NCBI GenBank assembly: GCA_963837955.1
Contig: CAWIPH010000002.1
Location: 1,728,001-1,792,000 of the forward strand
DNA: 64,000 nt
Reading direction: 5' to 3'
DNA from: an uncultured Verrucomicrobiae bacterium
GTDB taxonomy: Bacteria; Verrucomicrobiota; Verrucomicrobiia; Chthoniobacterales; JAFAMB01
This document shows positions 20,968 through 31,867 of the stretch, one piece after another (position 1 is the first letter of the stretch; every line of letters starts with the position of its first letter). Both the position numbers and the translations under genes were made by a program. The notes beneath the pieces are model-generated. The model saw nothing but the letters and a program-made list of their open reading frames with translations. It was not told where the DNA came from and did not search any database.

Positions 20968-21038
20968 TGACCCTCGGTGCTTGCTTTTTATAGTTAATTT
21001 CCGGGGCAATTCCCCGGGGATATCTCCACCTAAATATT

Positions 21039-21533
21039 ATGGCGCTCTCTGTTGGCTCAAAGGCACCCGATTTTTCTCTCAGCACTAAAGACGCTTCCGG
21101 CATTCGGCTGGTGAAGCTTAGCGACAATTTTGGCAAAACGAATACTCTGCTCCTGTTTTTTCCGATGGCGTATACCAGCGTTTGTACGACGGAAATGTGT
21201 GATGTGACCGAAGGCTTTGGAACCTATGAAGGATTGAACACAGCGGTATTCGGGATCAGCGGCGATAGCCCGTTTTCGTTAGAAGCTTGGGCCAAACAAG
21301 AGAAGATAGGCATACCGTTACTGAGTGACTACGATCATTCGGTGGCGAAATCGTATGGTGTTGCGTACGATAGCTTTCTTCCCGCCGCAAACCTGCCAAT
21401 GGGTGGAGTCGCCAAACGGTCGGCTTTCGTCATCGATCGACAGGGAGTGATTCACTACTCGGAGAGCTCGGACAACCCGAAGCAGCTGCCGAACTTTGGC
21501 GCTATCCAAGCGAAGCTAAAGGAGTTGGCCTGA
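21039..21533 (+). CDS. Peroxiredoxin (AhpC/TSA, AhpE-like)
   Basis: [32 protein letters not shown]. Confidence 0.9.
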   Translation: MALSVGSKAPDFSLSTKDASGIRLVKLSDNFGKTNTLLLFFPMAYTSVCTTEMCDVTEGFGTYEGLNTAVFGISGDSPFSLEAWAKQEKIGIPLLSDYDHSVAKSYGVAYDSFLPAANLPMGGVAKRSAFVIDRQGVIHYSESSDNPKQLPNFGAIQAKLKELA

Positions 21534-21535
21534 GT

Positions 21536-24268
21536 ATGTCGCTGCAGCAGCGTGTAGTCCAATCGTTCTCTTACGGCAAAGGCAAACGAGCCAGATTTTA
21601 CTCGCTGCCGGCACTCGAAGAAGCCGGAATTGCTCCGATCTCGCGACTTCCGGTGAGTATTCGGATTGTCTTGGAATCGGTTCTGCGGAATTGCGATGGG
21701 AAGAAGGTCACCGAAAGGGATGTCACGACGCTGGCCCGTTGGAACGCGAAGAGTCCTGCCGAAGAAGAGATCCCCTTCGTCGTCGCCCGAATCGTGCTGC
21801 AAGACTTCACCGGTGTGCCTTTATTGGTCGATTTGGCTGCGATGCGTGGGGCAGTGGCAAAAGTCAGCCGCGACCCGAAAATCATCGAACCGCTTGTCCC
21901 GGTCGATCTGGTTGTCGATCATTCGGTTCAAGTTGATTTCGCGGGAATTCCAGGAGCGATCGAGCTCAACCTTGAATATGAGTTTAAACGTAACCGGGAA
22001 CGTTATGAATTTCTGAAGTGGGGCCAACAAGCGTTCAAGACGTTTGGTGTTGTGCCTCCCGGGATCGGCATCGTCCACCAGGTGAACTTAGAGTATCTCG
22101 CGCAGGGTGTGCTCAGCGCATCCTCTCCCGAGGGCGAAGTTTGTTATCCAGATAGTTTGGTTGGTACCGATTCGCACACCACGATGATAAACGGCCTTGG
22201 TATTGTCGGGTGGGGAGTCGGCGGTATCGAAGCGGAAGCAGGAATGCTGGGGCAGCCGGTCTATTTTCTGACGCCGGAAGTCGTAGGGGTGCATCTTTCC
22301 GGGAAGCTTAGGGAAGGTGTCACGGCCACCGATCTGGCGCTGCGTGTTACCCAGATGCTGCGAGCGGCTAAAGTCGTAGGTAAATTCGTTGAGTTTTACG
22401 GGGAGGGTGCAGCTTCCCTTCCGCTGCCGGACCGCGCGACCATCGCGAATATGGCTCCGGAATACGGAGCAACGATGGGTTTTTTCCCGGTGGATGACGA
22501 GTCCGTCAATTACCTCCGCATGACCGGGCGATCGGACGAAACGATCGATCGATTTGAAGAATATTTTCACGCGCAACAACTCTTCGGTATGCCGAAGGAA
22601 GGAGCGATTGATTACAGCGTCGACCTGGATCTCGATCTCGATTCGGTTCGCTCCAGCGTAGCCGGGCCGAAACGGCCGCAAGATCGCATCGATCTCGAGT
22701 CGCTTGGAAAGACGTTTCATGCGCTTTTCAGTAAGCCGGCCGCCGAGGGCGGATACGGCAAGGATCCGCAGAGCCTGGCCGAGAAAGTCACGGTCTCGAT
22801 GAACGGAAAAGAAGCGGCAGCACACCCGGAAAAATCCGGACCGATCGGCCACGGCAGTGTTTTGATCGCGGCGATTACCAGTTGCACAAACACAAGCAAT
22901 CCGAGCGTGATGTTGGGCGCCGGCTTGCTAGCAAAAAAGGCGGTGGAGCGGGGCATGAAAGTGAATCCAACGGTAAAGACTTCCCTGGCGCCGGGTTCGC
23001 GAGTAGTAACCGATTATCTGCAAAAAACCGGGCTGCAGCCTTTTTTGGATAAGCTTGGCTTCAATATTGTTGGATACGGTTGCACCACTTGCATTGGGAA
23101 CTCCGGACCACTGCACCCCAACATTGAGCAGGCGCTTTCCGACAAAGATTTTGTCGCTGCGTCGGTGCTCTCTGGGAATCGGAACTTCGAAGCGCGGGTG
23201 CATCAAAGCATCAAAGCAAATTTTCTAATGTCGCCTCCGTTGGTGGTTGCTTTTGCGCTAGCCGGTCACGTCGACGTTGACCTTGCCCATGAGCCGATTG
23301 GGAAAGATAAGAACGGCAGCGATGTTTATCTGCGCGATCTTTGGCCGACGCTGCAAGAGATTCGTGAGGCGATGGAGATGGCACTCTCGCCCGAAGTGTT
23401 TCGAAAGCTGTACGCCGATTTCGCAAACCAAAATCCGAAGTGGAACGAAATCTCCTCGTCAACCGGGGAACTGTATCAGTGGGATGAAGAGAGTAATTAC
23501 ATCCACGAACCACCATTCTTCGCAGATTTTTCGATGGAGCCGGGAAGAATCGAAGAAATTGTCGATGCGCGCCCCCTGGGGATCTTTGGCGATTCGGTGA
23601 CGACCGACCACATCTCGCCGGCCGGCGCAATTAAACAAAGTTCTCCCGCCGGCCAATACCTGATCAGCCGCGGGGTGCAACCCATTGACTTCAACAGTTA
23701 TGGCAGCCGGCGCGGAAATGATCTGGTCATGACGCGAGGGACCTTTGCGAATGTTCGAATCAAAAATCTGATGGTCCCAGGTGTCGAGGGGGGAGTAACT
23801 AAGCATTATCCCAGTGGTGAGCAGCTTTCGATTTACGATGCAGCGATGCGCTATCAAACGGAGGGGGTTCCGCTGATCGTCATCGCTGGGCATGAGTACG
23901 GGACCGGGTCGAGCCGCGATTGGGCGGCAAAAGGGACTCGACTGCTAGGGGTTAAAGTGGTTATCGCCGAAAGTTTCGAACGAATCCATCGATCAAACCT
24001 TGTTGGGATGGGCGTATTGCCTTTGCAATTTCCGGAAGGTACAAACGCTCGATCTCTGAAATTGGAGGGGTCGGAAACTTTTAGCGTCACGGGTCTGCAC
24101 GACGAGATTAGGCCTCGGCAAAAGGTCCGACTCGTTATCAAACGAAAAGACGGTCAAACCGAAGAGATTGAACCAATTCTCCGGATCGATACTCCAATCG
24201 AAGTTGATTATTATCGGCATGGCGGGATTTTGCCCTACGTGCTGAGAGAGCTGTTGAATCGGGGGTAG
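21536..24268 (+). CDS. acnA: Aconitate hydratase A
   Basis: [52 protein letters not shown]. Confidence 0.98.
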   Translation: MSLQQRVVQSFSYGKGKRARFYSLPALEEAGIAPISRLPVSIRIVLESVLRNCDGKKVTERDVTTLARWNAKSPAEEEIPFVVARIVLQDFTGVPLLVDLAAMRGAVAKVSRDPKIIEPLVPVDLVVDHSVQVDFAGIPGAIELNLEYEFKRNRERYEFLKWGQQAFKTFGVVPPGIGIVHQVNLEYLAQGVLSASSPEGEVCYPDSLVGTDSHTTMINGLGIVGWGVGGIEAEAGMLGQPVYFLTPEVVGVHLSGKLREGVTATDLALRVTQMLRAAKVVGKFVEFYGEGAASLPLPDRATIANMAPEYGATMGFFPVDDESVNYLRMTGRSDETIDRFEEYFHAQQLFGMPKEGAIDYSVDLDLDLDSVRSSVAGPKRPQDRIDLESLGKTFHALFSKPAAEGGYGKDPQSLAEKVTVSMNGKEAAAHPEKSGPIGHGSVLIAAITSCTNTSNPSVMLGAGLLAKKAVERGMKVNPTVKTSLAPGSRVVTDYLQKTGLQPFLDKLGFNIVGYGCTTCIGNSGPLHPNIEQALSDKDFVAASVLSGNRNFEARVHQSIKANFLMSPPLVVAFALAGHVDVDLAHEPIGKDKNGSDVYLRDLWPTLQEIREAMEMALSPEVFRKLYADFANQNPKWNEISSSTGELYQWDEESNYIHEPPFFADFSMEPGRIEEIVDARPLGIFGDSVTTDHISPAGAIKQSSPAGQYLISRGVQPIDFNSYGSRRGNDLVMTRGTFANVRIKNLMVPGVEGGVTKHYPSGEQLSIYDAAMRYQTEGVPLIVIAGHEYGTGSSRDWAAKGTRLLGVKVVIAESFERIHRSNLVGMGVLPLQFPEGTNARSLKLEGSETFSVTGLHDEIRPRQKVRLVIKRKDGQTEEIEPILRIDTPIEVDYYRHGGILPYVLRELLNRG

Positions 24269-24333
24269 AGTCGCAAAGGCCAATGTACGGTTCAGGGGCA
24301 AGGGTCTTGCTCCAGCGATTACAATCCTACTTT

Positions 24334-24807
24334 ATGACTACGTTGAATTCAGAAAAACTAGCGTCGCTTGCGAAAGATTTAGCGACCGATTATCCGCGCA
24401 GCCCCCGGGAACTGCTGGCCGGCTACATCATAGGTATGCGCGCATTGGACAAATGTCGCGCTGAACTCAATAGCTCGCTCGGCGAGTACCATTTTAACTG
24501 TCCGGTCGACAATATGTTTTTTGATTTCACCGGGATCGCTGCCGATCAATTCAAGGATTTTGTGGCAACCGGCGCGAACGATCAGGAGGTTGCTGCTTGG
24601 GTTCAAGAACATGCTAAGCCGAGAGAGCGGATCGAAATCATTAAGTGGAATAACGATCTCCGGTACAAGCGTTTGTCCGAGATGGATGATCATATCCAGG
24701 AATACATGGAAGATTACATTCCCCAGTTTGTACCAAAGCGGCTGCAGCACCACATTGACTACTTCTTCGATATCTATGATGCCGAAGAAAAGAGAATGGA
24801 GACGTAA
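24334..24807 (+). CDS. DUF5069 family protein
   Basis: DL...PRSPRE.L.GY....R.LDKCRA.....GEYHFNCP.D..FF.F.GI pattern; paralog at 39308. Confidence 0.8.
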   Translation: MTTLNSEKLASLAKDLATDYPRSPRELLAGYIIGMRALDKCRAELNSSLGEYHFNCPVDNMFFDFTGIAADQFKDFVATGANDQEVAAWVQEHAKPRERIEIIKWNNDLRYKRLSEMDDHIQEYMEDYIPQFVPKRLQHHIDYFFDIYDAEEKRMET

Positions 24808-24867
24808 ATAGGGTCTTCCCGCTACCAGTTTCGAGTATGTGCGCGAGCTGGATTTACGACGTTTGTC

Positions 24868-25575
24868 TCATTGACCAAGCTTGGCCGGGGCGATCGTGAG
24901 GATTCGATACCGATCGTCCGCGGCGAGTTCGCATGTCGCGTCGATAGCATATTTGGCGCTCGGAATTTCTCCGGCTGGCGCTGTTCCGGGATCGGGTTGT
25001 CCAAAAGCGCCCAGCGCCCGGAGAATTCGAGCGGTTGCGTGGCGGATAATCCCTTCCTCGTGCAGCAAAAAGTGTGAGTTGGTTTGCCATTTGAGCGAAT
25101 GAAACGCGACGTCGATACGCGGCTCGATCGTCGCCAGCTCCGGGGAAATCCGCAGAAGTAAAGATAGACCCGTGACTGAGTAAGCGTGGTTATTCTCGAC
25201 TCGGTAAATAGCCAACCGATTAAGACGTCGACGCACTCGATACCAGATCCCAAAATGTTCCGAATCGGGTGCCCACTCAGAGTGGAAGGCCGCTGGTGCC
25301 GTGTCGAAGAATTCGGCAACCTCTTGGAGTGGCCCCAGACTTTTCTTGGTCCGTGCATTCATGAGCAAAATGCCGAAAGAGCCGTGCTCATCCTCGTGAG
25401 CAGCTATCGCGTAGGCTTGATTGGGCGATAGACCGTTTTCGATCGGAACAAACTGGCCAACCTTATACCGCCAGTCTGCCGTGGCGAGGCTTCGAGGCGC
25501 GTTAATCAGGATTGCGGAAAACACGAGGAGGATCAGCCGAGATCTCATAGCCGTTTGCGGAGGCGGGAACAGCAT
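24868..25575 (-). CDS. Hypothetical secreted protein
   Basis: Signal-peptide-like N-terminus; beta-propeller-like SPNQ and WAPDS turns. Confidence 0.6.
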   Translation of the reverse strand: MLFPPPQTAMRSRLILLVFSAILINAPRSLATADWRYKVGQFVPIENGLSPNQAYAIAAHEDEHGSFGILLMNARTKKSLGPLQEVAEFFDTAPAAFHSEWAPDSEHFGIWYRVRRRLNRLAIYRVENNHAYSVTGLSLLLRISPELATIEPRIDVAFHSLKWQTNSHFLLHEEGIIRHATARILRALGAFGQPDPGTAPAGEIPSAKYAIDATCELAADDRYRILTIAPAKLGQ

Positions 25576-25701
25576 ACTGAAAGGAGGAATCGGGGCTATT
25601 CGGTAATCGCTTGTTTAGCCCCACGACCGGTAGGGCGAAAATTATTTGAGCGGAGGTCCGGCGGCTCACGCAAAGCGCCTGCCCTACCGATCCGGGGTTG
25701 A

Positions 25702-26529
25702 TTACTTACTGATCAACGACCCAGAACCCGCATGCACTTGGCGAATGACCCAGACGTTGGTTGGTATCACTTGGATGATCCAGTCGAGCGCCGGCGCGAA
25801 AATCGGTTGTCCGCGCTCGCCGATTTGCGATGGGAGGATCAGCAGGTCTGCTCCATTTGATTGAATGAATTCGCACGCCGTGAATCCCGTATTACCACGA
25901 ACCAAGTGGGTATCGATTGTTACCGTCGTAGAGGGCGACTCTGCCGCAAAGGCCTCCAGGCACTGCTGCGAAGAAGGGGCGTCGGTTCCCAACGCTTTCT
26001 CTTTGGCTTCGGCGAACGTTGTCTGAACGTGCAGCAGAGTGAGTCCTTTCGCCCCGATCCGCTCGGCAAAACTTGCGCTCCGTTGAAATACTTGGCGGCT
26101 AAATGGAGTGAAATCGGGAATAGCGACGAAGAGTTGTTCAGGCAGCAAGCCGCCCTCTTTCGGTTCCACAAACAGGATGAGGTCACAGGGAGCCTCACGC
26201 ATAAGCGCCCGGGCGACATCTCCGGTGAAATTGCGGTGCACGCTTTCCTGTTCCAAGGCGCCGGCGATCAACAGATCAATCTGCTGTTCGGATTGTATTT
26301 TCAAAATCGCGTCGGACGGTTGGCCGGGTTGAAAGTGAATCGGTGCATCTTCCGGGAGTTCCAACGATCGTAGCGTGTCCCGAAAACGCTCTACCTTGTC
26401 GCCACTCTCTTCGGCCGCATGAATCAAATGGAGCGGAATCTGGAATACATCGCTGATACGTCCTGCTTCCGCTAATACGTCTCTAAAGCGAGGTGAAAAA
26501 GTCGTGGCAACTCCGGCTCGGGAATACAC
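25702..26529 (-). CDS. Universal stress protein (tandem USP domains)
   Basis: IDLLIAGAL....FTGDVARALMREAPCDL; second domain ADLLILP...IIQVIPTNVWV. Confidence 0.8.
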   Translation of the reverse strand: MYSRAGVATTFSPRFRDVLAEAGRISDVFQIPLHLIHAAEESGDKVERFRDTLRSLELPEDAPIHFQPGQPSDAILKIQSEQQIDLLIAGALEQESVHRNFTGDVARALMREAPCDLILFVEPKEGGLLPEQLFVAIPDFTPFSRQVFQRSASFAERIGAKGLTLLHVQTTFAEAKEKALGTDAPSSQQCLEAFAAESPSTTVTIDTHLVRGNTGFTACEFIQSNGADLLILPSQIGERGQPIFAPALDWIIQVIPTNVWVIRQVHAGSGSLISK

Positions 26530-26628
26530 GCGGCGGAACCTACTTTACTTCGACAAAACCAACAACCCGGATTCTCTGCAGATAGCGCCGTTTAGGCAAA
26601 AATTCTGCAGATTTTGTGGAGAGACCGG

Positions 26629-26817
26629 TAGCCTGATCCTCCTGGCTCAGGAGGTACAGCGTGTGAGAGGTGATTGGTGAGAAGTGATCGGTGATTGGAG
26701 TGGTAAAAGGGGGCGGTGAGAGTTTCTGCCGAGAATTTGCCAATAGGCGCGTTTCACTAATCACCAATCACAAATCACCTCTCACACTCTGTACCCTGAG
26801 CCAGGAGGATCAGGCTA
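26629..26817. repeat. MITE-like element (family B, complete) with 23-bp perfect terminal inverted repeats
   Basis: TAGCCTGATCCTCCTGGCTCAGG ... CCTGAGCCAGGAGGATCAGGCTA with internal inverted heptamer arrays; terminal CTA is the M32 gene stop codon. Confidence 0.85.
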
Positions 26818-28293
26818 GGCCAGGTACTTCTCGCGCAGATACTTAATCCGGTATTTCGCTTGGGTTGGTTCGCCAGTGATCCGAGCCATCAAATCGTTGG
26901 GCAGAAACTTTTTTCCCTGCCGATGCACCTCTGCTCTTAGCCAGGCCAGCAACGGCTGGTATTCTCCTTTGGCCAAGGAATCAGTTAAGCCAGCAACATG
27001 TTGCTCGGCGAAATTCATTAGTTGCGCCGCGTTGAGATTGCCCAATGAATAGGTTGGGAAATACCCCAGAGCACCCATGCTCCAATGAATATCCTGCAAG
27101 ACGCCGAGCCGATCGTTTGGGACTTTCAGCCCAAAGAGATCCTCGAATTTCGAATTCCAGATCTCTGGGAGATCGGGTACGGCGACTTTGCCTTCAATCA
27201 GCGCGAGTTCAATTTCGAAACGAAGAAGCACATGTAAATCGTAAGTGACTTCGTCGGCTTCGACGCGGACGAGCGATGGCTTCACCTTTTGTACTCCTCG
27301 GACGACCTGGTCGATGCTGAATTTTTTGAGGTCGGTGAGATGTTGGGACGCGACCGGATACCATCTCTCCCAGAACGAGCGGCTGCGACCCACGTGATTT
27401 TCCCAAAGTCGTGATTGGGACTCGTGAATCCCAAGTGACACCGCAGAACCAATCGGTGTGCCAAACGCCTCCGGACGCAGACCCTGCTCATACAAAGCAT
27501 GTCCGGTTTCATGTAAAATTCCGTACAGTGAAACCTGGAACAGTTTTTCGTCGTACCGCGTAGTGATCCGATGATCGAAAGGTCCCAACGAAGTAGCGAA
27601 CGGATGGGTGGTTGTGTCGATGCGTCCAGCGCGAAAATCGTAGCCGACTGCCTCGGCGATGATCCGATTGAGCGCTTGCTGTTCGGTAACCGGATAATTC
27701 CCGGTCAGTGATTCGTCCGCTGACTGGCCGCTGATCTGTTGGACCAGACCTTTCAGAGCCGGTTTCAGCTCCGCAAATACCGGGGCGACGTATGCAGCCG
27801 TCGCTCCCGGCTCGAAATCTTCCAGTAAGGCGTCGTAAGGGGAGGTCTTAAAGCCGTACCGGTGGGCTTTTTCGATAGTCATCGCGACCACCTTCTCGAG
27901 ATGGGGCTGAAAAGCGGCAAAGTTCCCAACTTCTCGCGCGTGCTTCCACGCCTCCCGGCTCAAGGCAGTCGTCCTTTCGAACGTCTCGACAAATTCAACC
28001 GGCAGTTTGGTGGCTCGCTCATAGCTGCGACTCCATTCGCGGACATTGACGCCTTCATCGGATTCAGCTGGAAAACCAGCTTCACGACATGACTGCAACC
28101 ACTCTCCGACGACCGGGTCAGTGAAAAGTCCGTGCGCCTTCGCTCCGAGGTAGCTCAGTTGTTCGGCTCGGTATTCTACTCCTTTTGCCGGAAGGTAAGT
28201 TTGCTCATCCCACTCGAGCACCTGGGATGCTGACCTTAGGAGGTTGATCTCTCTGGCGCGATCCAAGAGCTTTTGATACGGGATAGAGTCCAT
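26815..28293 (-). CDS. Carboxypeptidase M32 (Taq-type)
   Basis: HPF, RITTRY, HETGH, HESQS, VRVEADE, QDIHW, YFPTYSLG; start ATG 28293. Confidence 0.95.
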   Translation of the reverse strand: MDSIPYQKLLDRAREINLLRSASQVLEWDEQTYLPAKGVEYRAEQLSYLGAKAHGLFTDPVVGEWLQSCREAGFPAESDEGVNVREWSRSYERATKLPVEFVETFERTTALSREAWKHAREVGNFAAFQPHLEKVVAMTIEKAHRYGFKTSPYDALLEDFEPGATAAYVAPVFAELKPALKGLVQQISGQSADESLTGNYPVTEQQALNRIIAEAVGYDFRAGRIDTTTHPFATSLGPFDHRITTRYDEKLFQVSLYGILHETGHALYEQGLRPEAFGTPIGSAVSLGIHESQSRLWENHVGRSRSFWERWYPVASQHLTDLKKFSIDQVVRGVQKVKPSLVRVEADEVTYDLHVLLRFEIELALIEGKVAVPDLPEIWNSKFEDLFGLKVPNDRLGVLQDIHWSMGALGYFPTYSLGNLNAAQLMNFAEQHVAGLTDSLAKGEYQPLLAWLRAEVHRQGKKFLPNDLMARITGEPTQAKYRIKYLREKYLA

Positions 28294-28393
28294 TTGACGA
28301 CGATGAGCCCATCTGATTTCAGGAGCAAACCGGTTTTTATAGAAAGAGATGCCGCTTGCTCTGGCCGTATCGCATGAACTATAAACCGCTCCC

Positions 28394-29395
28394 ATGGAAG
28401 CGATTTTTGGTATCGTTTTCGGGGTCATCGCCTTTCTATTGATCTATTGCCTCCTCGGAGGCGTCTACACCGTCAATCAGAATGAGCGAGCGGTGGTGAC
28501 CAATTTTGGGCGCGCCGAACGCATTGGCAGAAAGACGACGTTAGATCTTCCCATCGCGGAATATCTGACTCCCGAGCAGCGGGAACGGTATGAATATCCG
28601 CAGATTCGCGTGATTGGTTCGGGAGGACCTTATCTGCGGATGCCGTGGCAGCGAGTCCACAAAGTGAGCCTGGCGATACAAACGATCAATGTGGCATATG
28701 ATCCGGATGCTCCCAGCGCCAACGCAAACGGTACTGTTCTAGAGGCGGTAACCAAAGATCAGCTGAATATCGGACTAACCGGGCAAATCCGGTACAAGGT
28801 GAGCGAACAGAATCTTTACGCTTATTTGTTTGGGGTAAAGAAGCCGATTTCTCACGTGCTTGGATACTTCATCTCGATTCTCCGAGAGCGGATCGCCAAA
28901 TACGAAGCGCCGGTCGTGAAAGGCGAAGTGACGGCAACGGAGAAAAGCAGCGAAAGTTTAGCTAAAGCGGGCGTGTCCATTAACGATCTTCGAAAAAATC
29001 TAAACGATTTGAACGAACAAATGGACCGCGAATGCCTTTCGTCGGCGGCGCGGTACGGGATAGTGCTCGATGCTTCACTAATTACCGGGATTGATCCTCC
29101 TCCCGAGATCGAGTCAGCATTGGCTGCGATCAACACGGCGCATAACGAAGTCTCGGCCAACCTGAGTTTGGCGCAGGCGACCGCAGACCAAAAGATCGAG
29201 CAATCGAAACGAGCCGTGGAGATAGAAACAAACCGAGCAGAAGCGGAAGTCCAGCCGTTACGCTGGTTGGCCCAACAGATTACGGAACTAAAACGCAGCG
29301 GCGACACCGCCGTCGCCGCCTACTTGAGAAATGTGCGTCTGGAACTGTTTTCGCGTTCTCGCCGAATCGTGTTGTCCAGAAGGGAGGACCGATGA
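28394..29395 (+). CDS. SPFH/band 7 domain membrane protein 1
   Basis: N-terminal TM, YTVNQNERAVVTNFG, AVTKDQL, Ala/Glu coiled-coil. Confidence 0.88.
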   Translation: MEAIFGIVFGVIAFLLIYCLLGGVYTVNQNERAVVTNFGRAERIGRKTTLDLPIAEYLTPEQRERYEYPQIRVIGSGGPYLRMPWQRVHKVSLAIQTINVAYDPDAPSANANGTVLEAVTKDQLNIGLTGQIRYKVSEQNLYAYLFGVKKPISHVLGYFISILRERIAKYEAPVVKGEVTATEKSSESLAKAGVSINDLRKNLNDLNEQMDRECLSSAARYGIVLDASLITGIDPPPEIESALAAINTAHNEVSANLSLAQATADQKIEQSKRAVEIETNRAEAEVQPLRWLAQQITELKRSGDTAVAAYLRNVRLELFSRSRRIVLSRREDR

Positions 29396-30336
29396 CAGTT
29401 TTTTTAGTCACTTTCGTGTTCTCTTTCATCTTTTGCTGGCTGGCGCTCCCGCTCGCTCTAGGCATCCTGAAGACGATCAATTTTTACACCACCGTTTCGG
29501 AAGGCCGCTACAAAGTGTATCTACTATTTGGGAAGGTGTTAGGCGTTGTCGAAGAACCAGGACTGCATTTGCTTTGGATCGATCTGGGCCCTCAAGCCGC
29601 GCTGGTGCGTTTTTTTGGCCGGGTTTACGAGATCGATCGGCGACTCGATCAGGAGTATCTGCGTAGTAATCCGGTTAACTCCGAAGAAGGGACGCCGATG
29701 GGGGTCGGTGTCTGGTATGAAATGCGAGTGCGAAATCCGGTTGATTTTCTCTTCAAGAACACCGATCCGCGGGGCTCACTGCGGGCCAATGTGGCCAACG
29801 CTACGGTGCGCTCCTTGAGCAACATGCCTTTAGAGAAATTATTGGAGAACCGGCATGAGATGAGTCACGTAGTACGTAAGGAGGTCTCCCCGAAATCCGA
29901 TGAGTGGGGATATCAACTGGGTTCGGTTTATGTCCGGAAAGTTCATTTCCGCGATTCTGAAATGATCCGGCAAATCGAGCACAAAGTGGTGAACCGCTTG
30001 CGGCAAGTCACGTCAGCTATCCGGCAAGCTGGCACGAACCAAGTAGATATCATCACCAGCGCCGCCGAGCGGCAATCAGCCGCAGAATTCGCCCGGGCTC
30101 GTTCGGTCAGACCAAAACTCGTTGGAGAAGCACTACGCGATATCGGACAAGATCCTGAGGTGCTGGACGCGGTATTCGAGACGTTGGAAGTTGATCGGAT
30201 TGTGAAAGGTAATGCAGATGTGACTCTGGTACCCAACGGTCAATACGACACGTTGGTTAGCCTTCTGGCAACCGGGGGGCTCGCCAAGACTGGCACGGAC
30301 CAGCCGGCGGCTCCGAGTTTGCCGCCTCGCATATAA
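29392..30336 (+). CDS. SPFH/band 7 domain membrane protein 2
   Basis: N-terminal TM, FGKV....EPGLH, SPFH core; ATGA overlap with previous gene. Confidence 0.88.
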   Translation: MTVFLVTFVFSFIFCWLALPLALGILKTINFYTTVSEGRYKVYLLFGKVLGVVEEPGLHLLWIDLGPQAALVRFFGRVYEIDRRLDQEYLRSNPVNSEEGTPMGVGVWYEMRVRNPVDFLFKNTDPRGSLRANVANATVRSLSNMPLEKLLENRHEMSHVVRKEVSPKSDEWGYQLGSVYVRKVHFRDSEMIRQIEHKVVNRLRQVTSAIRQAGTNQVDIITSAAERQSAAEFARARSVRPKLVGEALRDIGQDPEVLDAVFETLEVDRIVKGNADVTLVPNGQYDTLVSLLATGGLAKTGTDQPAAPSLPPRI

Positions 30337-30350
30337 CGATATCACTGTTA

Positions 30351-31157
30351 GTGAAAGATTGGGCAGAATCGAAGATCTCCGAGCTCTTATCTGAGACACT
30401 CTTTTCTCGAGATGGGTTTCGATTCTCAATCGGCATTACTCCGCTGCAGCCGGCGGATTTCTTTGCCAATCACGGCAATTCAGAGATTCTTCGGGAACGA
30501 CAGCGACTTCTGCAAGAGCGACCCAACGAATACGCGCACGCCCTCCAACGAGCGCTCGATTGGGAAACGTTGCTCCGGTCGGTTCACCATTGGGAGCCCG
30601 CCGCATTGACTGAAGATATCAAGACCTTAAGCGCGACCTGGGAACCTGATTTCGTAGTCTTGGACCAAAAAGAGCCAAACCACGTGCTTGGCGGCTGCGT
30701 CTGCTTTCCGTCCGGATGGAGTTTGCCGAAAAAAGTGGGGAAAAGTCTATTTGCCACCCATGCGCCAGTGCCGGGAATGAACGATTTGTTGGCGCCGAAA
30801 ATTAGCCAGTTCGTGTCGCGCCTCGATCTCAAGAGATGTTTTCAAAGGACCAATTGGGGACTGACCGGATCTCCGGCGCTGGATCAGCATCCGTGTAATC
30901 AAATTCCGCCCATCGCAGCCACAGCTAATCCGGTGACGATCGATTTGCGAATTGAATGGCAGGCGCTGATTGGTTTGTCGAACGCTCTGGTTCTGTTTGG
31001 TATCCGGGTCTTTCATGTTCCGTTGCCGCGGATTCGCGCAACTCCCTTATTAGGGGAGCTGTTGGCCGAAAACTTGGCGTCCATGCCGGACGCAGTGGCT
31101 GCATACAAACGGCTAACGGACTGCCGGGCGCACCTAATCAGTTATCTTCGATCCTGA
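30351..31157 (+). CDS. DUF3445 family (heme-dependent oxidative N-demethylase alpha-like) protein
   Basis: CVCFPSGWS..KVG.....HAPVPG, RTNW, LRIEWQ.L and LFGIR motifs. Confidence 0.8.
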   Translation: MKDWAESKISELLSETLFSRDGFRFSIGITPLQPADFFANHGNSEILRERQRLLQERPNEYAHALQRALDWETLLRSVHHWEPAALTEDIKTLSATWEPDFVVLDQKEPNHVLGGCVCFPSGWSLPKKVGKSLFATHAPVPGMNDLLAPKISQFVSRLDLKRCFQRTNWGLTGSPALDQHPCNQIPPIAATANPVTIDLRIEWQALIGLSNALVLFGIRVFHVPLPRIRATPLLGELLAENLASMPDAVAAYKRLTDCRAHLISYLRS

Positions 31158-31304
31158 ACTATGAAACTCGCTCTCAGCGCATGCTTCAGATCGAAGACTC
31201 GCGAGCGAACTGTCAATTGAGTTAACGGATAATCGCCGCTGCCAACGGCCAAACTGATTCCGCGACTTGTTGAACTTCTGAACTCCTTGAACTTCTGTCT
31301 TACC

Positions 31305-31763
31305 GTGCACTCCAAACCTCCACTGCCAATCCCTCCGCCCATTCTTGCCCTACTTCTGTTGCTTTTCAGCAGTGGTTTGATGGCGATTATTCCTTTGACA
31401 TCGATTCCGATTCCGGCCGCTCAAGGAATCGGCGTGATTTTTTTGGTCCTCGGTTTTGCCGTCGGGGCTTCTGGTTTTGCTGCCTTCCGAAAGGTCGGAA
31501 CTCCGGTGCGCCCGGGTGATGAACCGACGCAGCTTGTCACAAATGGTCTATTCCGAATTACTCGCAATCCAATGTATCTCGGCATCGAGCTGGTATTAGT
31601 AAGCGTTTTCTTTCTCACGAAATCAGTCTTTTTTTTGATTCCCCCAGTGGTTTTCTTTCTCTTCATCAACTTTCTTCAGATACCCTTCGAGGAGCAGTTG
31701 ATGTCCGAACATTTCGGGAAGTCCTACGCAGAATACCGGCACCGCGTGCGGAGATGGTTGTAA
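31305..31763 (+). CDS. Isoprenylcysteine carboxyl methyltransferase/PEMT-family membrane protein
   Basis: LVTNGLFRITRNPMYLG, EEQLM..FG..Y.EY..RVRRWL. Confidence 0.9.
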   Translation: MHSKPPLPIPPPILALLLLLFSSGLMAIIPLTSIPIPAAQGIGVIFLVLGFAVGASGFAAFRKVGTPVRPGDEPTQLVTNGLFRITRNPMYLGIELVLVSVFFLTKSVFFLIPPVVFFLFINFLQIPFEEQLMSEHFGKSYAEYRHRVRRWL

Positions 31764-31867
31764 CCGGGCTCAGCCTGCTCGTGTTTATGAACCCGAATGA
31801 ACGCAAATGAGGTTCCCCAGTTCGCGTCCATTCGCGGTATTTTAGGAGATCGTGCTTGTGATTCCGA

